From Diadema antillarum (lineage: Eukaryota), in the NCBI RefSeq assembly GCF_040938485.1, contig NW_027270890.1:6572001-6636000 (forward strand): a stretch of DNA of 64,000 nucleotides. Reading direction: 5' to 3'. This document shows positions 39,715 through 52,456 of this stretch, one piece after another. Every line of letters begins with the position of its first letter. Positions within the stretch are counted from its first letter, which is position 1. Under the pieces are notes generated by a model, which searched no databases, had not been told where the DNA came from, and saw only the letters and a program-made list of their open reading frames with translations. The position numbers and the translations under genes were made by a program.

Positions 39715-40136
39715 GCCACTGTTTACTATTTGGAGCAGCGATTAAAAGAAACGTTCGAGTTTTCATATTTGATGTATATTCAGTTGTATCACAAAACATC
39801 ATACCATATAGAAATTTCGCAAGAAGGCCAAATATAGGAGGAAGCATATCACTTATCTTCTCAACAAACCATAAGAGTAGACGGTTAAATCTAGATACAA
39901 TTTTAATGAAAGTACATTTCGCATTTTGTGCATCTAAAAATATTCTACATTGGTTGTACTGATTAATATTTTTATAATATACCGTAGTTGCTTCTATCCC
40001 TGAGTCACTTTTTAGAACAATTTTGAAGCTATAGAGCTGGGTTTTATTTTTCATCTGCCAATGGAGATAGTGGCTTTAATCCTCAGTGCACTATTCTATC
40101 CCTTTCTATTCCCTTCTTCCGGAGGGGGGGGGGGGG

Positions 40137-40188
<52 letters not shown>

Positions 40189-41329
40189 ATGTCAATAATG
40201 CTGTGATTGACATCTCGTTGAGTAACTTTTCTCTTTCCTGATACTGTTATAGCCAATATCTAGCGCGATGTTGTTCAGAAAGAGGATATGCGTTTATTAC
40301 GGTACATCGCACGTATACATCCCTTTCGCATTATCAAACCTCCGTCCGTGCGCCTCCATTTCTGTATACATTTCCCGCAGAACATTTCTTTGAATTGATA
40401 TCTTATAGTCCAGCAGTTGACCTCTCACTAACTTGCGTTTGATAGAAGAAGGAAAAATATGAATACCGTATACTCTCAGGTAATATATCGCACTCTATCA
40501 TGTCCACGTTCGGTTATATTCTGCTTTTTCCTGTAATGGAGACGTAGTTGAGGGTGATGAAATATCATGCATGCATAATGGATGCACTATAGGTGTCCTC
40601 TTTCATTATTGAGCGAAAGTGCATAGAATGGGAAATGGAGTGTGATCATTTCCACGAGTTATATTTGCAGTAATTATGAAAGAAAAAAACTTTTCTTACT
40701 AACTTGAATTTATTGCCAAACGTCTGTGTGCCCAGGGCACGTGATAGACTCTCTAATTTTCTCTTTCTTCATACAGTGTTCTTGGTTTGTTGTGACAGAT
40801 GCATTATCAAATTCATTTTCCCGGAAGAAAAAGAAGTACTCCTCAATGCATACAAGTACAAAAAAAGCTAAGGTCTAAGTTTGGATGTCAAAATATAAAG
40901 ACTAACTAAATCTTGACGTTTTAAACGAATGCCGCACTTTCCTCAAAGTTGTCATCAAACTGTTTAACATTCTACATTCAATGGCACAGTCATTATTCGT
41001 GGCACTTGTCATGTCCTAGTATTTGGTAACATTTTAGTCCATTAGCGTGAGTTCCGTTGATGCGCTACCCTGACAATATGCAAACGGAGTCTTCTTTTCT
41101 CTGGCGGTGTAATTGCCGACGCCCCTTTTGTTTAACCACTTTGTGCAATTACGACACTGGACATCAACCACTCTGACTTCTTTATGATACTATTGTAGTT
41201 ACGGAATATTTGGACGAGAGTAAAATGCACGACAGTCCACATGAAATATAAAACAAGTTGTGTGCAGAAAGATTTCCCACATCTTTCAAGATTTTTTTAT
41301 GTTCTTTACGAAATCAGTCTAGATATTGC

Positions 41330-41581
41330 AAAGCGCATGCTCAACGAACGTCATTGTGGTCCATGGTTGACATTAATGCCATGTAATGATTTTCTAATGA
41401 GCATGCGCATAGGTCACCTTTAAGTCCCTCTACTTCCGAACCTCTTTTATACCCCTTCATTTATGGAGCCCCTATATCAGTCACGATCGCTGGATGCACG
41501 TTTTCACTGTGACATACCAAAGTTGACAACAGGCCTGCAGTTGCATGAAGAACAGACGGTCAGAGCAGAGACAACTTTAAG
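41330..41581 (+). promoter_or_regulatory. GPCR2 promoter and putative non-coding exon 1
   Basis: AAAGCGCATGC at 41330, TGAGCATGCGCA at 41398, TATAT at 41473, TTTTCACTG at 41501, donor AAG|GTAATA at 41581. Acceptor gcAG|GA at 43051-43052. Confidence 0.7.
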
Positions 41582-43174
41582 GTAATACTTTTCATTTGAA
41601 AACCTTATTTGCTTCTTATAGAAAATACTCAGTCTTACTTTAATACATGTCAATTTTCGGTGCGCATTCGGTTTTCTTCTTTCTTATGATCGATATAAGA
41701 TATTGACCCTGACGCAATCGACACGAATGTGTCAAGGCTTTTAATTTTTAATGTTTAGCATTTCTATTTTGGCATGATGTTTATCTGATTGTATTGATAG
41801 GAGATGTGTGTGCCACAGACCGGTTTATTAGAGCAGCACACAGTTGACTCCAAGTATACTTCACATGTTAGATTTAACATAGATTACTTTGCTTTCCGTC
41901 GTGCTAGCCACCAAAATATTTGTATCGTCATGGCTTATAAAATATTCTACTTTACTATTACTTTAATTCATATGCCTGTCAAACGAGTTGTAAGAATTAT
42001 ATTGTACTTGACCATCTAAAAACAAAGCAAACCAAAACAGACTGCCCATAAGATTATGAATGATGATTCCTCTATGTTTAGGGAAAAGTAGTTCATTTTT
42101 AGTGCATAAGGAATAAACTCACGATTTCAAAATACGAATTGCTATTACGAAATTTAATTCAATTCAATTGTCTATTTAATTTTATCAATTATAGAAAATA
42201 CAAAATACAAGGTGATAATTTATCAATTCGAGTGCTCGACAATTTGAAAGGGAAAATCATTGAGTATGATGCAAAATATAATTAACGAATGATAATGTAG
42301 TGAGAAACAGAATGCATACTTTGCAATATTGTAACAAACTGATTTGTCCGTGAGTGATGTTGTTGGAAAGAATCGAGCCTATGAACTCTATATCTTTTCT
42401 CCGTATTCAGATGGAGGTGAGAATGAATGAATGATATCATGTGCATTGAAAGACACCGCTCCTTAAATGATTCTTTCATATCGCCCCACAGCGTGTCGAG
42501 AGAATTTACTGCGCCAAAGCAGAGTCAATTTTAAAAGCAGGATCAATTCGTCGGAATTTCCAAATAAACTGATTTTGCAGGAAACGCTGGAAAGACGCGA
42601 AAGATGAATACATGAAATGCTGTCTTAACTTATAGAAAATCAGCACCATTTTGGTTCAATTGTTGTGCATTCCGCAATCTGGCGAAACTAATATTTTTTC
42701 TTCACCGGAATGTCCTCTAGGTTCTTTGCGGCTTTTCCGGTTTATTCTTTAGCATCAAGGAGTTAACAGTGAAAATGGACTGCCAATATAAATGGTGTCG
42801 ATCGATTTCTGCTTAAACTCTAAGCATATCAGTCTTCTTTTAAAGAAGCTAATAGCAAACCCTCTAAAGATTTACGATATCTAAAGAAGTTAATTTTGTT
42901 AAATTGGTGGAATTAATTGTCAAAATAACTGGTAAAAGATGATTTAATGAAAGATAGGCTTCAATTAGCGTTTAGAAAGGTTGGCGTAGTTTTCTATGAT
43001 ATGGAGGTTAAAGTTTCTGTAACTAGTTTCCTTGTCTCCTTACACTTGGCAGGACCACTGGTTACTACTGAAGATTAGCGGAGAGACTGAATGCGCTCAC
43101 GCGGGACAGCAATTTGTCCTGCTGTCATCTGAGATTCAAAGCCTTAAATCACTCAACACCAAAGTTCAGTTTCA

Positions 43175-44290
43175 ATGGAACCGCCAACGCATGCTGATAA
43201 TTCTGGCACGCTGTCATACACAGCGATGACAGTTGAAGTGGATACGACAGAGGTTGCCATAGGAACCCTTCCAAGGCTCCAAGAGGAGACCAGTGAATGG
43301 ATGTGGAGTATGACCTGGTCCTGGACAAGCCTGCTCCAGCTGATGTTTTCATTGGTAGGAAGTGTCGGTAACTTTCTAGTGATTCTTGTCCTGGCCGGGC
43401 GACAGACGGCCCGGTACTCAATGGATGTTTTCATCTTGGCGCTTGCGGTGGCCGATTTCTTGACGTCCGTGGTAATGATCCCAGTTCCGATGGCTCAGCG
43501 CGTGCCAGATACCATTGCCGGTTCTTTATACTGCAAGGTGATATACCCAAGCTACCTGTTGTGGATATTCGTCTTCTCGTCTGCCTACATCCTAGCAGGC
43601 ATGTCCGTGGAGCGTTTCGTGGCGGTGGCATATCCTCTACACCGTCACCATGTCATCACGAAGCGACGAGTGTACATTTTCCTGGCCGTCGTTGGCATAC
43701 TTTCCATACCTTCTTCTGCTCATAATATCAAAGTTGAAGTCATAGGTAACAGGTGCCAGGACACAAAACCGATGAATGTGAAAATTGACATTGCTATCTA
43801 TCTTTTCTTTGCCCGCGTGGGTTTCCCCGTGCTCACCATGGTCGTTACGCAGGTCCTGACAGCCTTGGTTCTACATCGACAGCACAAAGAACTGAATAAC
43901 GTTTTGTCTGCTCAGAAAGGGGGTGTCCCATCCATCCACCTCACAGCTCGCAACAGCATAGTGAAGATGACCGCTACTATAGTAGCAGTTTTTATCCTGA
44001 GTCTGGGTCCAAACCACCTCATGTTAATGATAACAGGCCTTCGAGGAACCCTCGGATCGTATTTGTTCAGCCCTATCTACTACGTCTTTAACTTTCTTGC
44101 TTTCATCAACTCGACAGCTAATCCCTTCATTTACGCAGCTCGGTACCCTAAGTTTCGCACGGCCATCAAGGACGTCTTCACCAAAGGACTGTCCAAGACG
44201 AAGTTGCCACTTTTTGATCAGGCCATCGTTCACCGTTCGGGGGTTAGTACTCAGATTACCAATGCCTCCTCTGTGAGTGGCTTAATCTGA
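43175..44290 (+). CDS. Orphan class-A GPCR, copy 2, 371 aa
   Basis: 7TM with GN, LAVAD, ERF, SLGP and NSTANPFIY. Paralog of copy 1, roughly half identical in the TM core by eye. Confidence 0.95.
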   Translation: MEPPTHADNSGTLSYTAMTVEVDTTEVAIGTLPRLQEETSEWMWSMTWSWTSLLQLMFSLVGSVGNFLVILVLAGRQTARYSMDVFILALAVADFLTSVVMIPVPMAQRVPDTIAGSLYCKVIYPSYLLWIFVFSSAYILAGMSVERFVAVAYPLHRHHVITKRRVYIFLAVVGILSIPSSAHNIKVEVIGNRCQDTKPMNVKIDIAIYLFFARVGFPVLTMVVTQVLTALVLHRQHKELNNVLSAQKGGVPSIHLTARNSIVKMTATIVAVFILSLGPNHLMLMITGLRGTLGSYLFSPIYYVFNFLAFINSTANPFIYAARYPKFRTAIKDVFTKGLSKTKLPLFDQAIVHRSGVSTQITNASSVSGLI

Positions 44291-44485
44291 GAAAGTAGGA
44301 TTAAGCCATCATAACAATCAAAGAATTTACATAGCCTGCAATATTAATGTTATGATTTTTAATTGAGAAAAAGAAAATGATTTTCGAGTATCAGTTACAC
44401 GAGTTGACTCTGGACATAGTAGCGACCTTTCATATGCAACAATACGAGTATCAGATGGAAATCACACATTGCCATAGAATGAAGG

Positions 44486-44520
<35 letters not shown>

Positions 44521-45429
44521 ATATGATATGTCGTCTTGAGTTTGTGTGTTATACATGTACATATGTGATGTAGGTAGCCTGTATATAAAATTATGTCGTA
44601 CATTATGAATGTTTCATATAGATATGATAAATTCGGAAACTAGTAAAAAGTTAGTGTTATTTATATAGTACAATGTATATATGGAGATTTTCACTGGAAA
44701 AGAAATTTACTTTTGAGATTTTGAGATATCTTCAACTAAACCTACTCGAAAAAAACACAGACAATATTTCAGCAATATGGGATACTTGTAATCATAACTT
44801 CAAGAAAAAGATTGTTAAGCAAGAAGTGAGCTGTCTAAAGCATTTGAAAGGTTTCATTGTGCTCTGGCTGATGGTGGACGTTCTTAAAATGTTTAAAATT
44901 GGGGCTCCAATTGTGTTGCGATCAATCTCTTCTTATAGCCTATGTCTATGGAGTTTTTCTTTTTTCCTCCAGAAACTAATTTTCGAGATGATGATGATGG
45001 TGATGGTAACGGTTTCTTGAATATCGCCGGTTGAAGGGCGCTCATGGTGCTTGAACTAGAATGCCTCAACAACTGTTCAGTCACAATAGGGCCTACGTGA
45101 TGTTGTGATATTTAATTCCCATTAATTTTATATGGTATTTAAAGCTTTAAATCGAAAAGTAATTTGCCTATTTTTTTTTTTCAAAAATGAAATGATTGAT
45201 AGTCACATAACTGTAATGCCATCTTTTAATGGCCAAAATCGGTTTTCTAGTTATTTTTCTTTCCTTTATATCTGACTTTACACGGACGGGTAACGTGATG
45301 AAGCACCTTATGTACATAATGTATGCAAATCATAAAAGAGTGACTGTATGTGTGTTTGTGTGTGCATCTACATTTTATGTAAATTAGCAACTACGTTTAT
45401 CACTTACCTTCACATCAATAAAACATCTG

Positions 45430-45612
45430 GGCCCCATCTAATTCAAAAAAAATATGATATGAAAGTAACCCTTCCTTGCTAGAATGGCAATCGTCATGGT
45501 AACAGCGAGTTTCCAGCTTCCTGATTGGCTGTTGCTATTTGCAACAGCCAATCAAAAACAGCTGCCATTCGAGCAAGAGGTGCAATCCTAACATCTTTTA
45601 TGAAATGGGGCC
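45430..45612. mobile_element. Harbinger-like MITE (GGCCCCAT...ATGGGGCC) with an internal 14-bp hairpin of two inverted CCAAT boxes
   Basis: Terminal 8-bp IR, plus TGATTGGCTGTTGC-tattt-GCAACAGCCAATCA at 45522-45554. Confidence 0.55.
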
Positions 45613-45693
45613 TAGAAAGCACTGACTTGGATAGGTCTTAGTATGAACGTGACCTCAAATACCTGAACGTGCTCAGACTAAACATAAAACATA

Positions 45694-46876
45694 CACTCTT
45701 ATTTCTGCGGCGTCAAAAATAACTCGGAAAGTGTGAAATGTGACTCGGAAATGGCGCCAGCTGGGAGTCAACTCCTTCCGAGTCAAATGATTTCACTCGG
45801 ATTCCGAGTCATTTTCCGAGTCATTTCTGTGGCGCCAAATTAACTCGGAAAGTGTCAAATTTGATTCGGAAATGGGGTCAGTTAGGTGCAATCTATTCCA
45901 GCAAAATGACACGGATTTCCGAATCAAAAGATCACAATTTCACTCTGATACGGTGTCGTTTCCCGCATTGTAAGTAACCCATTTTGGTGTAGTAATGACT
46001 CGGATTTGGTGTGCACTTTTCTAGAGGAATGCGGAATGGAGGAATACATAGGAGTTTTCATCGGTGAGTACCCACCTCATTCACAACACTCATATAAATA
46101 ATTGCCTGAAACATGGTCTAAACAGTCAGTTTTATTTAGGGCAAAATGAACTTTCGACACGGACACATTGACTGGTAATGGCGTAGCCGTAGGCGGCGTA
46201 CGGTAGCTCGAATTAGCAATCAAGATCGTATATATGTGTATTGTATGCATGTACAGTGGAGGTGTAGCTAGGTAGGTTCACATCTATTGTAGATTGGTTC
46301 TAACGTATGGCATATAGCCCAAGGCTACGTACAAAAGGTACGAGCTACCGTACGGCCGCCTACGGCTACGCCATTACCAGTCAATATGTTCGTGTCGAAA
46401 GTTCATTTTGCCCTAAATAAAACTCACTGTTTAAACCATGTTTCAGGCAATTATTTATATGAGTGTTGTGAATGAGGTGGGTACTCACAGATGAAAGCTC
46501 CTATGTATTCCTCCATTCCGCATTCCTCTAGAAAAGTACACACAAAGTTGTCCATCTTGAAGACAAAAAGTTGCAAGACATCTCGCGGCCGCGGCGGATC
46601 GTCGAGAAATGACGTTTTTTTTTTTTTTTTCGCGGGGGTACTACGTCACATAGGACACATGACATGTTTTGTCCAATTGTAGCGCGCGTATGTCACGTAC
46701 ACCGCGCTGGGTATTTCTGATGTGACTCTGCGCAGGTGTAAAAAGTCCGATAACCAAAATGATAACTCGGATTTGAGTCAGAAAGTACACGGTTGGTGTT
46801 AAATTTACACGGATGGGAGTGAATTTTTTTGACTCGGATTCAGAGTTGAAATTTTGACTCGGCAGAAATAAGAGTG
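45694..46876. mobile_element. Non-autonomous CACTA/EnSpm-like DNA transposon (1183 bp)
   Basis: TA|CACTCTTATTTCTGC...GCAGAAATAAGAGTG|TA, and about 13 subterminal ACTCGGA-type motifs in both orientations. Confidence 0.85.
46009..46543. repeat. Fold-back: ~200-bp inverted arms (46009-46210 and 46341-46543) around a 130-bp spacer, inside the CACTA-like element
   Basis: The arms are reverse complements with only a handful of mismatches and one indel. Confidence 0.9.
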
Positions 46877-46885
46877 TAGGGTGAC

Positions 46886-47272
46886 TTAAAGGGGTGGTAT
46901 ACTATTGGTGGAGATGAGAATTGGCCTTTTAACTTTTTGCAAGATACCAGGAAACCACTTATGAAATTGCACAGAGCAAACCATTCTAAGAGGAATTCAA
47001 AGTTTGTTTGATGAAAATCGGCTTTGGAATCCCTGAGACATCAAAAAACAAAGGAAAACAAAGCAATTGTAATAAAAGTTGGGCTCCACCTTTTATTCGA
47101 ATCACTGTTTTGGATTTGTCAGCCATTTCAAAACCTATTTTCATCAAATAAACGTTAAATTCCTCTTGGAATTACATGCTGTTTCATATTTCATAAGAGG
47201 TTTCTCATTATCTCACCAAAATATTTAAGAACCTGAAATTACATCTCAACTAAAATTATACAATCCCTTTAA
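46886..47272 (+). mobile_element. Kolobok-like MITE family A, copy 3
   Basis: TTAAAGGGG...CCCTTTAA; aligns with 38535 and 39325. Confidence 0.8.
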
Positions 47273-47632
47273 AGATAGATGGTAATTTCATGATGAATTT
47301 GGTTGAATTTCTTGAAATAAGAACAACGCACTTTAGACTAGGGGGTTTCTCGAGCTTGAAATACCATCGAAATAATTGTTGGTTTGTAAATAGCGTTAAA
47401 GAATGACACATCAGCCATTTTACATGCAACTGAAATCTTGAATGTGGAAGCAGGTTAGTTTGATTGTAATATAATCATAATAATTATATTGATAATAAAA
47501 TTGATTATATCAAATACTAATTTTGTATCTATTATGCTTTGAAACGAGTGACGGTGGAAGAAGGATTTATGCTAGCTGGAATATGACCTCGTTTACTCGA
47601 AGTAGTTTTTTTTTTCTTCGTATCATTGCTCT

Positions 47633-48256
47633 TTAAAAGGGACATCTAGCCAAAATATATCAATCAAATAAAAAAGAATAAAATCTTACGAGTTCAACTG
47701 TAAAAGAATTAGACTGAAATCGGATGACAAATAAGGAAGATAATGACGTTTTGAAGTTTTGCTAATTTCTGCAAAACAGTTCTTGTGCTGTGGATATGAA
47801 TATGCAAATGAGTGAGCTATCCATGTCATAACCTCATAATTTTCCGTTGATCCTGTACAAAAAAAAAAAGAGAAGAAAGTTCAATTTTTCTGCCTTTGAA
47901 GTCTGAAACATGATGTTATTTCTGGTTGAATAACTCCAGAATAGTGATCAGTTTCCATATACGAGGAATAGAGCCTCCGGCATATAATTGCGTTTGAACG
48001 AAAAACTGGAAATTTCAAAATTTTATGTACAAACTACATGGCAGTTTGTGAGGAAATGACATGGTCACTTTTTCATTTGCATGTTCATATATCAACTGTT
48101 CAAACACTTTTTTCCCGAAAAACATTTAGAAAATTTAAAATGTCATAACATTCTTATTTTACATCGGATTTCGATCAAAATTATACCGTTGAACTCGTAA
48201 TAATTTACTCTTTCTTACCAGATTAACTTATATTTGGACCGGATTTCCCCTTTGAA
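47633..48256. mobile_element. Kolobok-like MITE family B (~620 bp) with long imperfect TIRs
   Basis: TTAAAAGGG...CCCCTTTGAA, mirrored subterminal blocks, and octamers ATGCAAAT and ATTTGCAT in mirrored positions. Confidence 0.65.
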
Positions 48257-49749
48257 AGGATCCCCCCCCCCCCCTATGTTAGTGTCGATTGAGCAATATT
48301 TATATGTGTGATATTTCACAAAATATAATAGGAAATCATATAAAAGAAACTTACAGATATAATTAATTTTAAAATTACCGCGAGAGAGAAAATGCTCAAA
48401 ACAAATTGTTGACTAGGACGGTGGCCCTAATTTATTTCAATTCAATTACATGGAGAAACAAAATGATATTCATGGAGCACATTTGCCTTGGACTCGATGC
48501 GACGTACAGACGTAGGAAAATGATAACTTGTCAGTAGTGCACAAGAAAAAAAAACAGTGTAAGGAAATTTGTTTACAAGGTTCTTCTTGATGACTGGGTT
48601 TTCGCAAAGTTTTGATTAATTCACTTTTTTTTCTTTCAAAAACAGCCAGTTTACAGCCATCTACGAGTTCTATAGCTTAAACATCCACAGACATTGCCTT
48701 GTCCTATTTGTGCCTCAAGTAAAGATAAATGCAATAAATATGAGGTGAATGTGCCAATTGTAAATTATTACAGTCTCAACATCATACAAACGTCTGAAAA
48801 GCATTCGTACTTAGAAATAAGATTAGAATATGACTGATAAAGAGCTAGTGTGTGCAAGTCATCGTATCTTCCCTGCTGAAACCAACGAATGAGATATTGT
48901 TTGATGTCCACTTGAATAAAAAGATATCAACATAATTATATATTGAAGGATACACGCAGAAATCTATCAGATTTTCTCACAGTTTCATGTATTGTTTAGA
49001 ATATGTGAAGTCAAAGAAAGTGGCTGTGAGGAATGTCATGGAATCAACCAGGGAATCATTTATGCGTCTTAAGGATGTTGTTAGCTAAGTTCTGAAATAT
49101 TGATTGTAAATTGCACGCATCAAAACTCAGTTCTGCAATTGATGTTAGCTGTATAGGCCTACTCTTACGCGAAGAGAGAAATTCGGTTTAATCACCATAC
49201 ATTGCGTTTATATTTTGGCATGATCTTGTGAATCCCATTCTAAGTCATATCAGCAGGCGCCACTGTCATATAAGCACTAATTTTCAAAACTCTTCTGGAT
49301 TGAAAAATACGTGGATTTCCGGATGACTTAAGCTTATATGTCGGCAGAACATTGAATGATCGACAAAAATCATTCCCTTCCTGTTCTCATGATACATTCA
49401 TAAACAGAGCAATGTCAGGAAGAAAATCAAATTCATGAAAGTTAAACCTAAACTGCTATGTTTAAATATGATAAATCAAGAATCAAATTACGACTATCAG
49501 ATTAGGGCACAAAAATATCTTAAAAGTAATCCCTTTGAATGGGTACTTACATGACTGTGCTAGCAGCTATCTCATTTCATTGTTAGCACCAGTGGTCAGG
49601 TTAGTTCAAAACAATTAACATTTATATGGCAATAACAATAACAACGATCTGCAAAAACTACACAAAGTAAATTTTCGTTAAATTCTCCCCACTTTGGATA
49701 CATTGTAATGTTTAGATATCGCTTTTAGCGAAATTATTCATCAACCTGA

Positions 49750-49985
49750 AAAGCGCATGCCCCAAGTATACCTCAAAATGGGCGTTAGTTGACATTAGTA
49801 CTATGTCATGATTTTCTAACAAGGTGAGCATGCGCAGGGGTTACCCTCCCTCCCTCCCCCTCCCCATTTTTAGACGGTGGCAGCTATATTAATGATGTTC
49901 GTTTCCACTGATTGACATGTCAAAAATTTCAACTCGTATGCAGCTGCTTCAAGAAGAGACGGTCAAAATCAGAGATAACGGCGAG
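49750..49985 (+). promoter_or_regulatory. GPCR3 promoter and putative non-coding exon 1
   Basis: AAAGCGCATGC at 49750, TGAGCATGCGCA at 49825, TATATTA at 49885, TTTCCACTG at 49902, donor GAG|GTAATA at 49985. Acceptor gcAG|GA at 51216-51217. Confidence 0.7.
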
Positions 49986-51334
49986 GTAATACTCCTAATC
50001 TTGACTTCTTTCACCGACGAAGAGAGAGTCTAAATTCTCCTCAAGCACATTCATTTTCGATGGGATTTTTCCCCCCGGCAATTACCATCCAGATCGGTAA
50101 GAACGTGTCAGGGCTTCGCTTTGCACGCTGATACAGAATTCTAACGTTTATCATGTCTGCTTTGCTATGATACTTATCTAATTATGTTAATCACGTTGAT
50201 GGCAGTAATGTAGGTGGTGTTCTTTCCTGGAGACGAGTAATAACCTGCAATACGGGTTGCTGAATTCAACATAATAACATCTTATTTAGAATCTTTGCAA
50301 AGTAGGCCTATCAATATTTATTAGAAAGTAGAACTGCCGACAAGCTGTCGGTCTCTGCATGATTAAATCTGGATCACGCTGTGTTAGAACTATGCTAATT
50401 TTATAACTATGGTAGTTCTATCAACGATAACCACTGGTTATAGAATACTGTTTTTTAGCTTATGATATAGATCATTGCTATAGAATACTAGTTACCATTG
50501 ATTGTAGAATTACCATTAGTTGTATTAAAGGTACTATAGTTTATACGCCGGGACCCAGTTGTATCCAAAGCCTTCAAGCTATATATTTTACTAAAGACAT
50601 ATCGATTATTCCATAGTACTATCTATTTTTCCGTGTTATGATGTTTTAACTAATCAAATCACTTATATCAATCAGTAGAGCTAATTGTTATTTACCCATT
50701 AAACTTGACGAAACGTCATCTATTTGCACTCCGTCGTGCAAGCCAGCAAAATGTCATTGTGTGGTCGTGACATTTTATTGTATTAAGGGTAAGTTTGTAA
50801 CACATTTTATTTAGATAACAACAAATCATGTATGTTGCTAGAAAACAGATATTTTTCGCAATGCAATTTCTTTCAACCAGATTAAGTTACTAGCGACTGA
50901 TTTTGACTACTGATAAGCAGAATTCAGCCTCTTCAACTTTTTCTCACTTTCGCTCATTTATCAGTGTTTATGAAGAAACTCTCTTCTCGAAAGCAGAGGA
51001 TATCTAAAAAACAGGGTCACGATACGATATAAATCTATAAACCTTTGGAGCTTTATGATTTTTATCTAGAGACAACTTTAATTAGATTAGCTGCTAAAAG
51101 AGATTTCAATGGAACAATCACTTTTTTTTCAGTGTCACGAAACAGCTGTATCATCCTCAATATTTTTTGTTAGTGTTTATGTAACTTGTATGCTATATTC
51201 CTTAACACCCATCGCAGGACAACAGATACAACTTTACGTCTTGGGGTGGAAGAGTGGATGCTTTCACTTGGCCAACATTTCACCTAACCGTCACCAGAGA
51301 TTCAAAGCCTTAACTCACTTATCACGGTTGTTTA

Positions 51335-52456
51335 ATGCCAATGGAAGCACAAGCGCATTCAGATGCTTCTTACCCGCTTTCATACACAGCGATGATGGTA
51401 GACGTGGATACGACAGATCCTGACATAGTAACCCTTCCAAGGATCCCCGAGGAGACCAGTGAATGGGTGTGGAGCATGACATGGTCCTGGACAAACCTGC
51501 TACAACTGATATTTTCATTGGTAGGAAGTGTCGGTAACTTTCTGGTGATTCTTGTCCTGGCCGGGCGACAGACGGCCCGGTACTCAATGGATGTTTTCAT
51601 CTTGGCGCTTGCGGTGGCCGATTTCTTGACGTCCGTGGTGATGATCCCAGTTCCGATGGCTCAGCGCGTGCCAGATACCATTGCAGGTTCTTTATACTGC
51701 AAGGTGATATACCCAAGCTACCTGCTGTGGATATTCGTCTTTTCGTCAGCCTACATCTTAGCAGGCATGTCCGTGGAGCGTTTCGTGGCGGTGGCATATC
51801 CTCTACACCGTCACCATGTCATCACGAAGCGACGAGTGTACATTTTCCTGGCCGTCGTTGGCGTTCTTTCTATACCTGCTTCTGCGCATAGTGTAAAAGT
51901 TGAAGTAGTAGGCAACACCTGTAAAGACACAAAGCCAATGAAGGTGAAAGTTGATATAACAATTTATCTCTTCTTTGTCCGCGTTGGTTTCCCCGTGCTC
52001 ACCATGGTTGTTACGCAGGTCCTGACAGCCTTAGTTCTACATCGACAGCACAAAGAACTGGAGCACGTCTTGTCTGCTCAGAAAGGTGGTGTCCCGTCCA
52101 TTCACCTCACAGCTCGCAACAACATCGTGAAGATGACGGCTACCGTAGTAGCAGTCTTCATCCTCAGCTTGGGTCCAAGTAACCTGATGTTTATGATAGC
52201 AGGCCTTCGAGGAACCCTCAGATCCTATTTGTTCAGCCCTCTCTACTACGTCCTGAACTTTCTTGCTTTCATCAACTCGACAGCTAATCCCTTCATTTAC
52301 GCAGCTCGGTACCCTAAGTTTCGCACGGCCATCAAGGACGTCTTCACCAAAGGATTGTCCAAGACGAAGTTTCCACTTTTTGATCAGACCGTCGATCACC
52401 ATTTAGGGGTCGGTACGCGAATAACCAATGCATCCTCCGTGAGTTGCGTAATGTGA
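51335..52456 (+). CDS. Orphan class-A GPCR, copy 3, 373 aa (the real start may be the second ATG at 51341)
   Basis: The protein is identical to copy 2 from FSLVGSVGN to VYIFLAVVG. All 7TM motifs are present. Confidence 0.95.
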   Translation: MPMEAQAHSDASYPLSYTAMMVDVDTTDPDIVTLPRIPEETSEWVWSMTWSWTNLLQLIFSLVGSVGNFLVILVLAGRQTARYSMDVFILALAVADFLTSVVMIPVPMAQRVPDTIAGSLYCKVIYPSYLLWIFVFSSAYILAGMSVERFVAVAYPLHRHHVITKRRVYIFLAVVGVLSIPASAHSVKVEVVGNTCKDTKPMKVKVDITIYLFFVRVGFPVLTMVVTQVLTALVLHRQHKELEHVLSAQKGGVPSIHLTARNNIVKMTATVVAVFILSLGPSNLMFMIAGLRGTLRSYLFSPLYYVLNFLAFINSTANPFIYAARYPKFRTAIKDVFTKGLSKTKFPLFDQTVDHHLGVGTRITNASSVSCVM

